A stretch of DNA of 64,000 nt from Anaerolineae bacterium (GTDB lineage: Bacteria > Chloroflexota > Anaerolineae > DTLA01), in the NCBI GenBank assembly GCA_029907165.1, contig JARYMK010000001.1:6661-70660 (forward strand). The letters run 5' to 3'. How positions within the stretch are numbered: position 1 is the stretch's first letter; each line of letters starts with the position of its first letter. The notes under the pieces were generated by a model. That model was given only the letters and a program-made list of their open reading frames with translations. It made no database searches and was not told where the DNA came from. Positions 34,349 through 43,206 of the stretch are shown here, piece after piece. The translations under genes were made by a program, and so were the position numbers.

Positions 34349-35320
34349 TTATTCGTGGATGACGTCCTGCCCTCCAGTCGCGGCTCCCTGCCCATGGGTG
34401 TCGGGCTCGCGCTTGACGATGCGGAACGTGTCAAAGTCGTTGGCCACGACGGTGTTGGGGAAGATGGGCGTCGCCTCGTCCAGAATCTGCCGCTCCGAGT
34501 AGCGCCGCGAGATGTGCGTCAGGATGAGCAGGCGCGCGTTCGCCTCGGCGGCCAGGCGCGCAGCCTGCGACGCCGTCAGGTGGCCGAACTTCCGCGCCAT
34601 ATCGGTTTCCTCGTCGGTGTAGGTCGCCTCAATCACCAGGGCGTCGGCCTGGCGGGCCACGCTGACCAGCCCCTCGGTGCTGCCCGCATCGCCGACGAAA
34701 ACCAGTTTGGCCCCGCCGACCGGCGCGCCCAGCACGTCGTCGGGGGTAACCACGCGCCCGTCGGCCAGCCTCACCGTTTCGCCGCGTACCAGCCGCGCCC
34801 GCTCCGGCCCGGCGGGAACGCCCAGCGCCTCGGCTTTGTCCACCAGGAACGGCCGCTTCTCCTTCTCGTAGAACGTGAAGCCGAAGCATCCGGGCCCCCG
34901 GTGCTGCACGGGGAAGGCGATGAGAGCGAAAGAGTCGTCCTGCAGGACAATGCCTGGCTCTAGCGTTGTGTACACGATGTCAATAGGCGGGATGCCTTCG
35001 CCGAAGACCACATTCATCAAGGCCCGCACGCGCTCCAGCGCCCACGACCCACCCATGATCTCCACGCGGTCTATGGACTCCCAGCGGGCGAACGTGGACA
35101 TCAGCCCACCCAGGCCGAGGATGTGATCCAGATGCCCGTGAGTGATGAGGATGCGGTCCATGCGCTTGAAGCCCAGGCCGCTCTTGAGCAACTGCCGCTG
35201 GGTACCCTCGCCACAGTCTATCAGAAAGCGGTACTCCTTGTGGAGCACCATCGCCGACGACAGCCCGCGCTTGATGGACGGTGCCGATGCCGATGTTCCC
35301 AGGAAGATGAGTTCAAACAT
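34349..35320 (-). CDS. rnz: Ribonuclease Z (tRNA 3' endonuclease, MBL fold).
   Basis: MFELIFLGTSASAP…LIDCGEGTQRQLL…ILITHGHLDH is the metallo-beta-lactamase HxHxDH motif, and the protein has the RNase Z architecture. Confidence 0.85.
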   Translation of the reverse strand: MFELIFLGTSASAPSIKRGLSSAMVLHKEYRFLIDCGEGTQRQLLKSGLGFKRMDRILITHGHLDHILGLGGLMSTFARWESIDRVEIMGGSWALERVRALMNVVFGEGIPPIDIVYTTLEPGIVLQDDSFALIAFPVQHRGPGCFGFTFYEKEKRPFLVDKAEALGVPAGPERARLVRGETVRLADGRVVTPDDVLGAPVGGAKLVFVGDAGSTEGLVSVARQADALVIEATYTDEETDMARKFGHLTASQAARLAAEANARLLILTHISRRYSERQILDEATPIFPNTVVANDFDTFRIVKREPDTHGQGAATGGQDVIHE

Positions 35321-35400
35321 GTTGTCTCCACCATAGCATCGTTGCGAGCGTAGGGGTCACACGTGCGTCGCCCCAGCACTCTGTGGTTCAGGATGACAGG

Positions 35401-36540
35401 TCAGGCCATGTCATTGCCGCGCAGGGCAGGACTTTCCACCCCTAGCCCGCGGCCGCGCACCCGAACCAGCGCGCCTGCTGGGTGCGGCTCAATCTCCACA
35501 CGCGGGCTCAGGAACTGCCCGATGGCCCAGGCGTTGGTGCGTAAGTGCTCGGTGGCCCGCGGCGTGGTGAACGCCACATCCGCGTCGGCCAGCACCGCAG
35601 GCAGCAGCAACTGGTCTGCCAGATGCTCGTCCACGGCAGCCTTCGTCTCGTGAAACCGGATGAGTTCGCGGGCGGCCTCCTCGGCGACGCGCTCCGCAGG
35701 CTTGCGCAGCGCGCCGTAGGCGGTGAACCCGCCGATGCCGCTCTCGTATTCGGCCACGAGGAAGACCACCGTGCCGAAGCCCGCCGCCGGCGCGTCCATC
35801 TCCTGTATGTCGGCGCGCAGGCCCGCCTTGCGGAGCGTCTCCGTCGCCTGGGCCTTCTGCCGCTGGATGATGTGCTCGGGCAGATTGGACGCTGCGCTGA
35901 TGCCCCAGACGCGGGTTACGCGTCCCCGCCGCGTCCAGTCCAGGGAGTACACATCCCCCGCCGGGGCATCCCGCGGCTGGATGATGGCCTGCACCACGCC
36001 CCCGCCTTTCGGGTACCATCCCCAGCGTTGGATAGCGAGGTCGGCCCTGTAGCCGAGCGCCGCGACCGCCGACAGGTACACATGCGCCAGATAGTGAAAT
36101 GGCGGACTCCAGGGCACATGGGTGCCGCCGACCAGCGTCAACCGCGACGGTGCACCGGCAAGCGACAGGGGCAGGAACAGCGTCTGGAAGACCAGCGACA
36201 CCGCGCCCGCGCTTCCCCCCGCCTCTGTGGCCCCCACGTCAAAGGTGTAATCCCCGCCTGCGGGCCTGTGGCGGGGAACGAACAGCAGGTCCTGGGACCC
36301 GACGTGGTCGCCCTCCACCGCCGCACCCGAGATGGCCGCAGCCGCGCGCACCGCCATCAGGTGCTGCGGGCGTAGGCCCGGCTTGGGGCGGCCCGCGCGT
36401 ATCCGCCGCATCCGAAAAGGCCGACCCAGCGCCACGGCCAGCGAAAGCGCCGTGCGCAGAATCTGCCCGCCGCCCTCACCGAAGGAGCCGTCTATCTCCG
36501 GAACATCGGCCTGCGCCCCCGCCATGGTCGCCCCGCTCAC
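35401..36540 (-). CDS. rtcA: RNA 3'-terminal phosphate cyclase.
   Basis: [41 protein letters not shown]…QHL aligns closely with the E. coli RtcA N-terminus ([46 protein letters not shown]). Confidence 0.85.
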   Translation of the reverse strand: MSGATMAGAQADVPEIDGSFGEGGGQILRTALSLAVALGRPFRMRRIRAGRPKPGLRPQHLMAVRAAAAISGAAVEGDHVGSQDLLFVPRHRPAGGDYTFDVGATEAGGSAGAVSLVFQTLFLPLSLAGAPSRLTLVGGTHVPWSPPFHYLAHVYLSAVAALGYRADLAIQRWGWYPKGGGVVQAIIQPRDAPAGDVYSLDWTRRGRVTRVWGISAASNLPEHIIQRQKAQATETLRKAGLRADIQEMDAPAAGFGTVVFLVAEYESGIGGFTAYGALRKPAERVAEEAARELIRFHETKAAVDEHLADQLLLPAVLADADVAFTTPRATEHLRTNAWAIGQFLSPRVEIEPHPAGALVRVRGRGLGVESPALRGNDMA

Positions 36541-39014
36541 GGACTCGCGGCGACGGAATCGGACGGAAGTTCCACGCTTTCCTTGCGGTAGAAGCGGATG
36601 CCCGTATCGCCCGCGTCCACGATGATGACGTCGCCCTCTCGGAACTCCCCGCTCAGCAGGCGCAGGGCGAGGGCGTTCTCCACGTGCTTCTGGAGCGCCC
36701 GACGCAGGGGCCGCGCGCCGAAGTTGGGATCGTACCCCTCCCGCGCAAGCCAGTCGCGGGCAGCCTCGGTCAATTCCACCTCCACGCCCTGCTCCCGCAG
36801 CCGCGCGCGAATCTCCTTCATCTGCAGGTCCACGATTTGCTTGACCTGATCCAGGGTCAGCGTATGGAAGATGATGATCTCATCCACGCGGTTCAGGAAC
36901 TCGGGCCGGAAGGTCTCCCGCAGGCCGCGTTCAATGGCCTCGTGGGCGGCGCGCTCCTCGGAATCCCGTGTGTCGGCAGCCCGGAAGCCCAGGGTTCCCC
37001 CCTTGCGCGTGTACTGCGACCCGATGTTGGAGGTCATGATGACCACCGTGTTGCGGAAGTCCACCGTGTGGCCCTGGCCGTCGGTCAGGCGACCGTCCTC
37101 CAGAATCTGGAGCAGCGCGTTCCAGACTTCGGGGTGGGCCTTCTCAATCTCGTCAAAGAGCACCACCTGATAGGGTCTGCGGCGGACGGCCTCGGTCAGT
37201 TGACCGCCTTCCTCGTAGCCCACGTACCCGGGCGGCGCGCCGATGAGGCGGGAGACCGTGTGCCGCTCGCGGTACTCGCTCATGTCCACGCGCACCAGAG
37301 CGTCCTCGTCGTCAAACAGGAACCAGGCCAGCGCCTTGGCCAGTTCGGTCTTGCCGACGCCCGACGACCCCAGGAAGATGAACGAGCCGATGGGGCGGCG
37401 CGGGTCCTTCAGCCCGGACCGCGCCCGCCGAATGGCGTTGGACACGGCGCGGATGGCCTCGTCCTGGCCCACGATGCGCTCGTGGAGCCGCTCCTCCATG
37501 TGGAGGAGGCGCTCGGCCTCGGTCTCCAGGAGCGCCGTAACGGGGATGCCGGTCCATGTGGCGACCACCTCGGCGATGTCCTGCACGTCCACCACTTCGT
37601 CAATGTTCTTCTCGCGCTGCCAGGCTTCGCGGGCGGCGTTGAACTCCTGCTCCAGGCGCAGGCGCTCGGCGCGGTGGATCGCGGCCTTCTCGTAGTCGCG
37701 CTGCTGCCAGGCGGCCTCTTCCTCCGCTGCCAGTTTGTGGATCGCAGCGCGCTTCTCCTTCAGTTCGGGCGGCATGCTATGGATGGCCATCCGCAACTTG
37801 GAGGCGGCCTCGTCTATCAGGTCAATGGCCTTGTCGGGCAGGTGGCGCTCGGTTACGTAGCGTTTGGACAGGCGCGCGGCGGCCACCAGCGCCTCGTCTG
37901 AGAAGCGCACCTTGTGGTGCGCCTCGTAGCGGTCGCGCACGCCGCGCAGCATCTGGATGGTCTCCTCCACCGACGGCTCGTCCACGTACACGGGGGCGAA
38001 GCGGCGCTCCAGGGCGGCGTCTTTCTCTATGTAGCGGCGGTATTCGTCCAGCGTGGTGGCGCCCACGCACTGGAGCTCGCCCCTGGCCAGGGCTGGCTTC
38101 AGCATGTTGGAGGCATCCATAGCGCCCATGGCCGCGCCCGCGCCCACCACGGTGTGGAGTTCGTCAATGAACAGGATGATCTCGCCCTGGGCGCGCTGGA
38201 TTTCCTCAATGGCCGTCTTTAGGCGCTCCTCAAATTCGCCGCGGAACCGTGTGCCCGCCACCATCGCGCCCAGGTCCAGGGCCAGGACGCGCTTGCCCAT
38301 CAGGACTTCGGGCACGTCCTCTTGCACGATCTTCTGCGCCAGACCCTCCACGATGGCGGTCTTGCCCACGCCGGCCTCCCCGATGAGGACCGGGTTATTC
38401 TTAGTGCGGCGCGACAGAATCTGCATCACGCGCATGATCTCTTTGTCCCTGCCGATGACCGGGTCCAGTTTCCCCTCGCGCGCCAGTTGGGTCAGGTCAC
38501 GGGTGTACCGCTCCAGCGTCCGGTAGCGGGTCTCGGCCTGGGGCGAGGTAACCCTCTGCCCGCCCCGCACCTGCTCAATGGCCTCCATCGCCCGATCCCG
38601 CGTAACGCCCATTTCCTCCAGCAGGCGCGATGCGGGCGACCCGCGCTCGGCGATGATGGCGAGGAACAGGTGCTCGGTGGAGATGTAGTCGTCCTTGAGG
38701 CGATTCGCTTCCTCGTTGGCCGTGTCCACCACGTGCTTCAGGCGCGGCGTGATGAACATCTGGCCCGGCATCGTACTGCCGAAGGTGGGCGTTCTGGGCG
38801 CGGCGCGCAAAGTGGTCTCCAGGCGCTGCTTCAGCGCCTCGGTGTCCACGCCCAGTTTGTCCAGAATCTGGGGAATCACGCCCCCCGGCTGTTCTATCAG
38901 CGCCAGGAGCAGGTGCTCGGTATCCACCTGCGTGTGGTTGTAGCGCTGCAAAATCTCGTAGGCGCGCATGGCTGCATCCTGCGCGCGCTCCGTGAAACGG
39001 TCAAATCGCATCAT
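36537..39014 (-). CDS. clpB: ATP-dependent chaperone ClpB (two AAA+ modules with a coiled-coil middle domain).
   Basis: The Clp N-domain repeats, Walker [14 protein letters not shown] and [14 protein letters not shown], and the sensor motifs are present. Length is 825 aa. Confidence 0.9.
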   Translation of the reverse strand: MMRFDRFTERAQDAAMRAYEILQRYNHTQVDTEHLLLALIEQPGGVIPQILDKLGVDTEALKQRLETTLRAAPRTPTFGSTMPGQMFITPRLKHVVDTANEEANRLKDDYISTEHLFLAIIAERGSPASRLLEEMGVTRDRAMEAIEQVRGGQRVTSPQAETRYRTLERYTRDLTQLAREGKLDPVIGRDKEIMRVMQILSRRTKNNPVLIGEAGVGKTAIVEGLAQKIVQEDVPEVLMGKRVLALDLGAMVAGTRFRGEFEERLKTAIEEIQRAQGEIILFIDELHTVVGAGAAMGAMDASNMLKPALARGELQCVGATTLDEYRRYIEKDAALERRFAPVYVDEPSVEETIQMLRGVRDRYEAHHKVRFSDEALVAAARLSKRYVTERHLPDKAIDLIDEAASKLRMAIHSMPPELKEKRAAIHKLAAEEEAAWQQRDYEKAAIHRAERLRLEQEFNAAREAWQREKNIDEVVDVQDIAEVVATWTGIPVTALLETEAERLLHMEERLHERIVGQDEAIRAVSNAIRRARSGLKDPRRPIGSFIFLGSSGVGKTELAKALAWFLFDDEDALVRVDMSEYRERHTVSRLIGAPPGYVGYEEGGQLTEAVRRRPYQVVLFDEIEKAHPEVWNALLQILEDGRLTDGQGHTVDFRNTVVIMTSNIGSQYTRKGGTLGFRAADTRDSEERAAHEAIERGLRETFRPEFLNRVDEIIIFHTLTLDQVKQIVDLQMKEIRARLREQGVEVELTEAARDWLAREGYDPNFGARPLRRALQKHVENALALRLLSGEFREGDVIIVDAGDTGIRFYRKESVELPSDSVAASP

Positions 39015-39059
39015 AGAGTTTCCCCTCGCCGGTATGCACCGGCTCTGTGGTTCAGGCCA

Positions 39060-40151
39060 CTAGTAGCGAAGGATGGCCCCAATCTGGCCTGCACGTTTCA
39101 GGTCCTCGTTCCCCTGCACGAACTCTATCTCTACGCCCCGCCGGATGGCGCGGCGGACGATGGCATCCACAGCGTCTTTGACAGGAACCATGGGGCCTCC
39201 GCAATAGACGCATGTCTTGGTCTTCTGCGCGCCGATATAGCCACAGTGGTCGCATCGGAATGCCGTGGCCTGAAACCCCTCTTCCACCAGAAGGATATGC
39301 ACGCGCTCCTCTTGCAACGCGGTCAGGGTGTCGGCCAGGCCGATGGCTCCCGGCCCGCCTTTGGTTGCCGCGGTGATCATCTGCTGAATCAGTGCGGCCT
39401 CGCGGTCGCGTTCGGCCTTCTCCAGCAGATCTTGCGCACGCGCCAGCGCCTCGCTCTCCGACGCGGTAATGTCTATGGGCATGGTGCCAATCACGCTGTC
39501 GCGGAGCGCCTTGGGCAGCATGGACAGGAAGCGCGACACGGTTTCCTCCTGCCCGCCCGCGATGAGCCGCTTGCACCGGTGCTTGTTGCAGAAATCCTTG
39601 ACCAGCGTTACGGCATCTTTCAAGTTCTGGTGGGCTTTCTCATCTTGGCGGCGCTGCAACCGCTGGGCTGCCCAGCCGCCCTTCTTGTGCCGCTTCAGTT
39701 CCGTGCCGAACGTCCCGGCCGTGTCCTCTACGATGCCCAGGTGGTACAGGATGACCCGCGCGCCTTCCTGGTCCACCAGCGCGACCGCAAAGCGGCCATA
39801 CTCGTCCAGCATGTCGCTGAGCGGCTTCACGTAGGGCCGATCGGCCACGAACACGTGGTTGCTGACCGGCACGCTGACCGGCAGGGCCCGCCAGAAGTCC
39901 TGCGCCTGGCAGGAGAACATGGCCAGCCCCTTGGCTTGCCAGTCGTATTCCAACTCCACGAAACGATCCATGCGGTCGGCGTCAGCCTGGGCCGCGCCCA
40001 GCGCCACCGCCTGCTTCAGCATCCCCCTAAGGCTCAACTTGACTTCGTCCTTGACGTGGCGGGAAGGATCTGTGCTAAGGTACAGGCTCAACACCGTGGC
40101 TCCATCTGCGTGGAAAGCAGCCAGTTCACGAACATCCTTTTCGTCAAACAT
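39060..40151 (-). CDS. eRF1/Pelota (Dom34)-like release-factor-family protein, bacterial type, with GGW in place of GGQ and a C-terminal CxxC…CxxC zinc ribbon.
   Basis: …GTELKRHKKGGWAAQRLQRRQ… aligns with the eRF1 domain-2 GGQ loop (KKHGRGGQSALRFARLR), with Q replaced by W. The overall length and alternating domain pattern fit the eRF1/Pelota fold. Domain 3 carries the insert CDHCGYIG…CVYCGG. Confidence 0.6.
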   Translation of the reverse strand: MFDEKDVRELAAFHADGATVLSLYLSTDPSRHVKDEVKLSLRGMLKQAVALGAAQADADRMDRFVELEYDWQAKGLAMFSCQAQDFWRALPVSVPVSNHVFVADRPYVKPLSDMLDEYGRFAVALVDQEGARVILYHLGIVEDTAGTFGTELKRHKKGGWAAQRLQRRQDEKAHQNLKDAVTLVKDFCNKHRCKRLIAGGQEETVSRFLSMLPKALRDSVIGTMPIDITASESEALARAQDLLEKAERDREAALIQQMITAATKGGPGAIGLADTLTALQEERVHILLVEEGFQATAFRCDHCGYIGAQKTKTCVYCGGPMVPVKDAVDAIVRRAIRRGVEIEFVQGNEDLKRAGQIGAILRY

Positions 40152-40188
40152 ACTGTCCTCCTGTCTGCATGATCCGATTCTGTTCCGC

Positions 40189-40530
40189 CTACTCGCTACT
40201 CTGCAACTTGCTTTTCAGCAAGGCGACCTCGCGCTCAAAGCGTGCCTGTAGGGCCTCCATCTCCGCCTTCATCTGTGCCACTTGATCCATCAGCGACAGA
40301 ATCGCCTCTACCCCTGCAAGATTGACGCCCAACTCCTCTGTGAGACGCTGAATCTGCCGCAATCGTTCAATGTCGCTGGGCGAGTACAGCCGCCGGTTGC
40401 CCGGCGAGCGGCAGGGCTTGATCAGCCCCAGGCTCTCGTAGTAGCGCAGAGTCTGGGGATGTACCCCTACCATTTTCGCTGCCACGCTGATGACGTAGCA
40501 GGGTTCCTGATGCGACGGACTGTCGCTCAC
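40189..40530 (-). CDS. hspR: MerR-family heat-shock repressor HspR-like regulator.
   Basis: GTG start. The HTH is YVISVAAKMVGVHPQTLRYYESLGLI…RSPGNRRLYS. The C-terminal coiled coil and the position beside clpB are typical of HspR. Confidence 0.7.
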   Translation of the reverse strand: MSDSPSHQEPCYVISVAAKMVGVHPQTLRYYESLGLIKPCRSPGNRRLYSPSDIERLRQIQRLTEELGVNLAGVEAILSLMDQVAQMKAEMEALQARFEREVALLKSKLQSSE

Positions 40531-40544
40531 GAGTGGCCTCCAGA

Positions 40545-41699
40545 CTACTCACGCGGGCGCTGGCCCAGTGTAACCTTGATGGACAACCGCTCCGTCCCGC
40601 GAATCACGTCCAGCACCACGACCTGCCCGGCCTCGGTGAAGTCCAGGTAACTGATGAGCGAGTCCATGCCGGTTACGCGGTTGCCGTCTATGCCCACGAT
40701 GATGTCGCCGCCCGCGCGGACAGCCTCCACGTAGCCGGGCACGCGCACGGTGCGCCGTCCACCGCGCAGGCCGGCCTTCTCGGCGGGACCGCCCGGCGTT
40801 ACCTCTCCCACGAGCGCGCCGCGGTCCACGGGCAGGCTCAGCGCCTCAACGAGTTCCGGCGTGATGGTGTAGCCCCGGATGCCCAGCCACGGGTGCGCGT
40901 AGAAGCCGTCCTTGATGAGCGCGGGCACCACCTTCTTGACGACGTTGACGGGGATGGCAAAGCCAAGCCCCGCCGATGCGCCTGTCTCCGAGATGATCAT
41001 GGTGTTGACGCCGATGACGCGGCCCCGCAGGTCTAGCAGTGGCCCGCCGGAGTTGCCCGGGTTGATGGCAGCGTCGGTCTGGATCAGGTTGGCGATGGAG
41101 AAGCCGCTCTCCTGCGGGAACACCCGCCCCAGGGCGCTGATGATCCCCCGCGTTACCGTGCGCTCCAGCCCGAACGGGTTGCCGATGGCGATGGCCCACT
41201 GGCCTACCTGCACCTTGCTGGAGTCGCCCAGTTCCGCCGGCACGATGAGGTCGGCGGGCGCGTCCACGACAATCACCGCCAGGTCGGCGTCGGGGTCGGT
41301 GCCCACCACCTCGGCCGGCACCTGCGAGCCATCGGCCAGCACCACGCGGATGGTCTCCGCGTCCCTCACCACGTGGTTGTTGGTAACGATGTGCCCTTCG
41401 CGGTCATAGAAGAAGCCGGAGCCCGAACCGGACCCCGTGGCCGTCGTTACCTGGATGTGCACGACCGACGGGCCGACGCGCTGGAACAGGTTCACCAGCA
41501 GGCGCTCCTCCAGTTCCAGCGCCTCGTAGTCTTGCTGGGGCAGCGGCGTGGCTGTGGCCACCACCAGGGGCAGCGTCGTTGGCTGGGCCGTGGGTCGGGT
41601 GGTGGATGCGCCGTCCCCCGTGAACCCGCAGCCCAGCAGCAGAAGCAGGGCCGCCGCGAAGAAGAGCCAGAACTTTCGTACATCAAACCGCGCTTTCAT
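40545..41699 (-). CDS. htrA: HtrA/DegP-family periplasmic serine protease with PDZ domain (lipoprotein signal).
   Basis: The signal with LLLLLGCG, the catalytic triad motifs (TNNHVV…DLAVI…GNSGGPL) and a C-terminal PDZ domain are present. Confidence 0.85.
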   Translation of the reverse strand: MKARFDVRKFWLFFAAALLLLLGCGFTGDGASTTRPTAQPTTLPLVVATATPLPQQDYEALELEERLLVNLFQRVGPSVVHIQVTTATGSGSGSGFFYDREGHIVTNNHVVRDAETIRVVLADGSQVPAEVVGTDPDADLAVIVVDAPADLIVPAELGDSSKVQVGQWAIAIGNPFGLERTVTRGIISALGRVFPQESGFSIANLIQTDAAINPGNSGGPLLDLRGRVIGVNTMIISETGASAGLGFAIPVNVVKKVVPALIKDGFYAHPWLGIRGYTITPELVEALSLPVDRGALVGEVTPGGPAEKAGLRGGRRTVRVPGYVEAVRAGGDIIVGIDGNRVTGMDSLISYLDFTEAGQVVVLDVIRGTERLSIKVTLGQRPRE

Positions 41700-41889
41700 T
41701 CGTGCATTGCTCCTCTGAGATTCAGGCTGTCCGTGTGCACGGTACAGCGAGCGGGGAAGTTCCTGCCGCGAAACGACTGCGAACCGAAGGGCATCATGCT
41801 ACACCACCCGCCTTTCGCGTACCGAGCGGTGCCGAGGTACGTCCCGAATTGACCGGTTGAGGCGCTAGGGTTGAAGAATCTCTATGCGT

Positions 41890-41919
41890 ATTATAGCACG
41901 AGTTGCGGCCGAATGTCAA
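41890..41919 (-). promoter_or_regulatory. Minus-strand sigma-70-type promoter (TTGACA-18-TATAAT) ~185 nt upstream of htrA.
   Basis: The reverse complement of 41890-41919 reads TTGACAttcggccgcaactcgtgcTATAAT. It is the presumptive promoter of the htrA–hspR–eRF1-like–clpB–rtcA operon. Confidence 0.55.
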
Positions 41920-42014
41920 TACCTACAGCCGCATTGTGAGGAAATCTTACACGGTGATTGTAAGAAATCGCCGCGGGCGAGGCGCTCCGACTCTCGCGCT
42001 TGCACGGGTGCGCA

Positions 42015-42407
42015 TCAGTCAGAGTCCAGCCAATTCACAAACTGGCGAGGTGTTACGATGGGAGTACCCTGGAATTCACCCAGAAGGAGGAGATACTGAT
42101 CGCCGGAGATGATGCAAACCACGCGGCCCGCCACCGCCGCTGCCAGCACAGCATTGTCCCCCGGATCGCGGCGGGCAGCCAGCGTCTCGGCAGGAGTAAC
42201 CCACTCCGCACCGAGCGCCACGAGGTCCACCCACTCCTCGGCAAGGCCGGGCTGCGCATTGACGCGCGTAGCGAGGGTGTGCAAGACACGGCCCAGTTCA
42301 TCCAATAGGGCAGGCGACATGACAGCCTCAAACTCGCCGTCGCGCCAGCGCAGCAACAACCGGTTTGGCAGTCCGGTCCAGAAGATGCCAGAGACCCGAG
42401 ATGTCAA
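42015..42407 (-). CDS. PIN-domain (PIN_3 / VapC-like) protein, apparently N-terminally truncated or interrupted and possibly a pseudogene.
   Basis: The C-terminal PIN motifs are present (…DPGDNAVLAAAVAGRVVCIISGDQYLL…). The ORF starts with TTG directly after an in-frame TGA. The frame upstream of that stop encodes …ACIVDVS, resembling the missing VVLDTNV N-terminal strand. Confidence 0.4.
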   Translation of the reverse strand: MTSRVSGIFWTGLPNRLLLRWRDGEFEAVMSPALLDELGRVLHTLATRVNAQPGLAEEWVDLVALGAEWVTPAETLAARRDPGDNAVLAAAVAGRVVCIISGDQYLLLLGEFQGTPIVTPRQFVNWLDSD

Positions 42408-42666
42408 GAAACATCAACGATGCAGGCAGGCCCAAGGCGAGTGTTCAGAGAGAGGCGTGGCGGCTGGGGATAGCCACCCTGCTGCAAGTCACCATCGGGT
42501 GCGCGCAACTGCCCAGCCCCGCGATCCCGCTCCACTTCTGCACAGGCCTGTGACAAAAGTTACAGGCGCGGGGCAACGAGTTGTGCTATCTTGTACTATG
42601 TAGGATTGCACTCTGCATCGCCCCGCGAATCCGCACCGGCATCAAGTCCTTGCGAGGAGGGAGGCT

Positions 42667-42771
42667 ATGTACACGACGGATGTCATCTGGTGGGCCTACA
42701 CGGCGTTCCTGGTCTTGGTGATCCTCTTCATGCTGGCCTTCGCCTGGAAGGTGAAGGAGAAAGGAGGGTAA
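42667..42771 (+). CDS. 34-aa single-TM small membrane protein preceding the oxidase genes (not in the ORF track).
   Basis: ATG 42667 to TAA 42769-42771 gives MYTTDVIWWAYTAFLVLVILFMLAFAWKVKEKGG. Its 3' end carries the RBS AAGGAGGG for the next gene. Confidence 0.45.
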   Translation: MYTTDVIWWAYTAFLVLVILFMLAFAWKVKEKGG

Positions 42772-42772
42772 G

Positions 42773-43195
42773 ATGGACAAACGCGAACGGAACTGGTTGT
42801 TCTTCCTCGCAGGCGTGTTTCTGCTCGTCAACGCCATCACGCTCTCGCCCCTCGTGCCCTGGCAGCAGTGGCTTCTCTGGTCTCGCCCCACGCCCGACCG
42901 CATCGTCCCCGTAGAGTTTGAGAACTACCAGATTCGGCTGCCGCGGGGCGGCGTGGAGGTGAAGGCCAACGAGTTCGTGCAGTTCGTCGCCACGTCCAAA
43001 GACGTAACCTACGGGTTCGGCGTGTTCCGGCCCGACGGCACAATGGTGTTCCAGATGCAGGTGCTGCCGGGATATGAGAACAAAATCACGTGGCGATTTG
43101 ACACCCCCGGAGTGTACGATGTGCGCTCCACCGAATACTCCGGCCCGCGGCACCCGGAGATGTACGTCCCGAACGCCATACGGGTGCTGCCGTAG
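42773..43195 (+). CDS. Heme-copper-oxidase subunit II-like cupredoxin-fold protein lacking the CuA ligands.
   Basis: An N-terminal TM segment is followed by a cupredoxin domain. SKDVTYGFGV corresponds to CoxB SQDVIHSW with H→Y. RSTEYSGPRHPEMY corresponds to the CuA loop QCSEICGxxHxxM with both Cys replaced by Ser or Tyr. Confidence 0.65.
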   Translation: MDKRERNWLFFLAGVFLLVNAITLSPLVPWQQWLLWSRPTPDRIVPVEFENYQIRLPRGGVEVKANEFVQFVATSKDVTYGFGVFRPDGTMVFQMQVLPGYENKITWRFDTPGVYDVRSTEYSGPRHPEMYVPNAIRVLP

Positions 43196-43206
43196 GGAGG
43201 TGCGAC

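Noticed and set aside
40189-41699. Separate promoter for hspR between htrA and hspR.
   Set aside because: Only 14 nt separate the htrA stop from the hspR start. The nearest good promoter is upstream of htrA, so co-transcription is more parsimonious.
41881-41900. CIRCE-like half-site 'TTATAGCACGAG' upstream of htrA, as a possible HrcA operator.
   Set aside because: Only one degenerate half of the TTAGCACTC-N9-GAGTGCTAA palindrome is present. The same bases form the -10 box of the minus-strand promoter.
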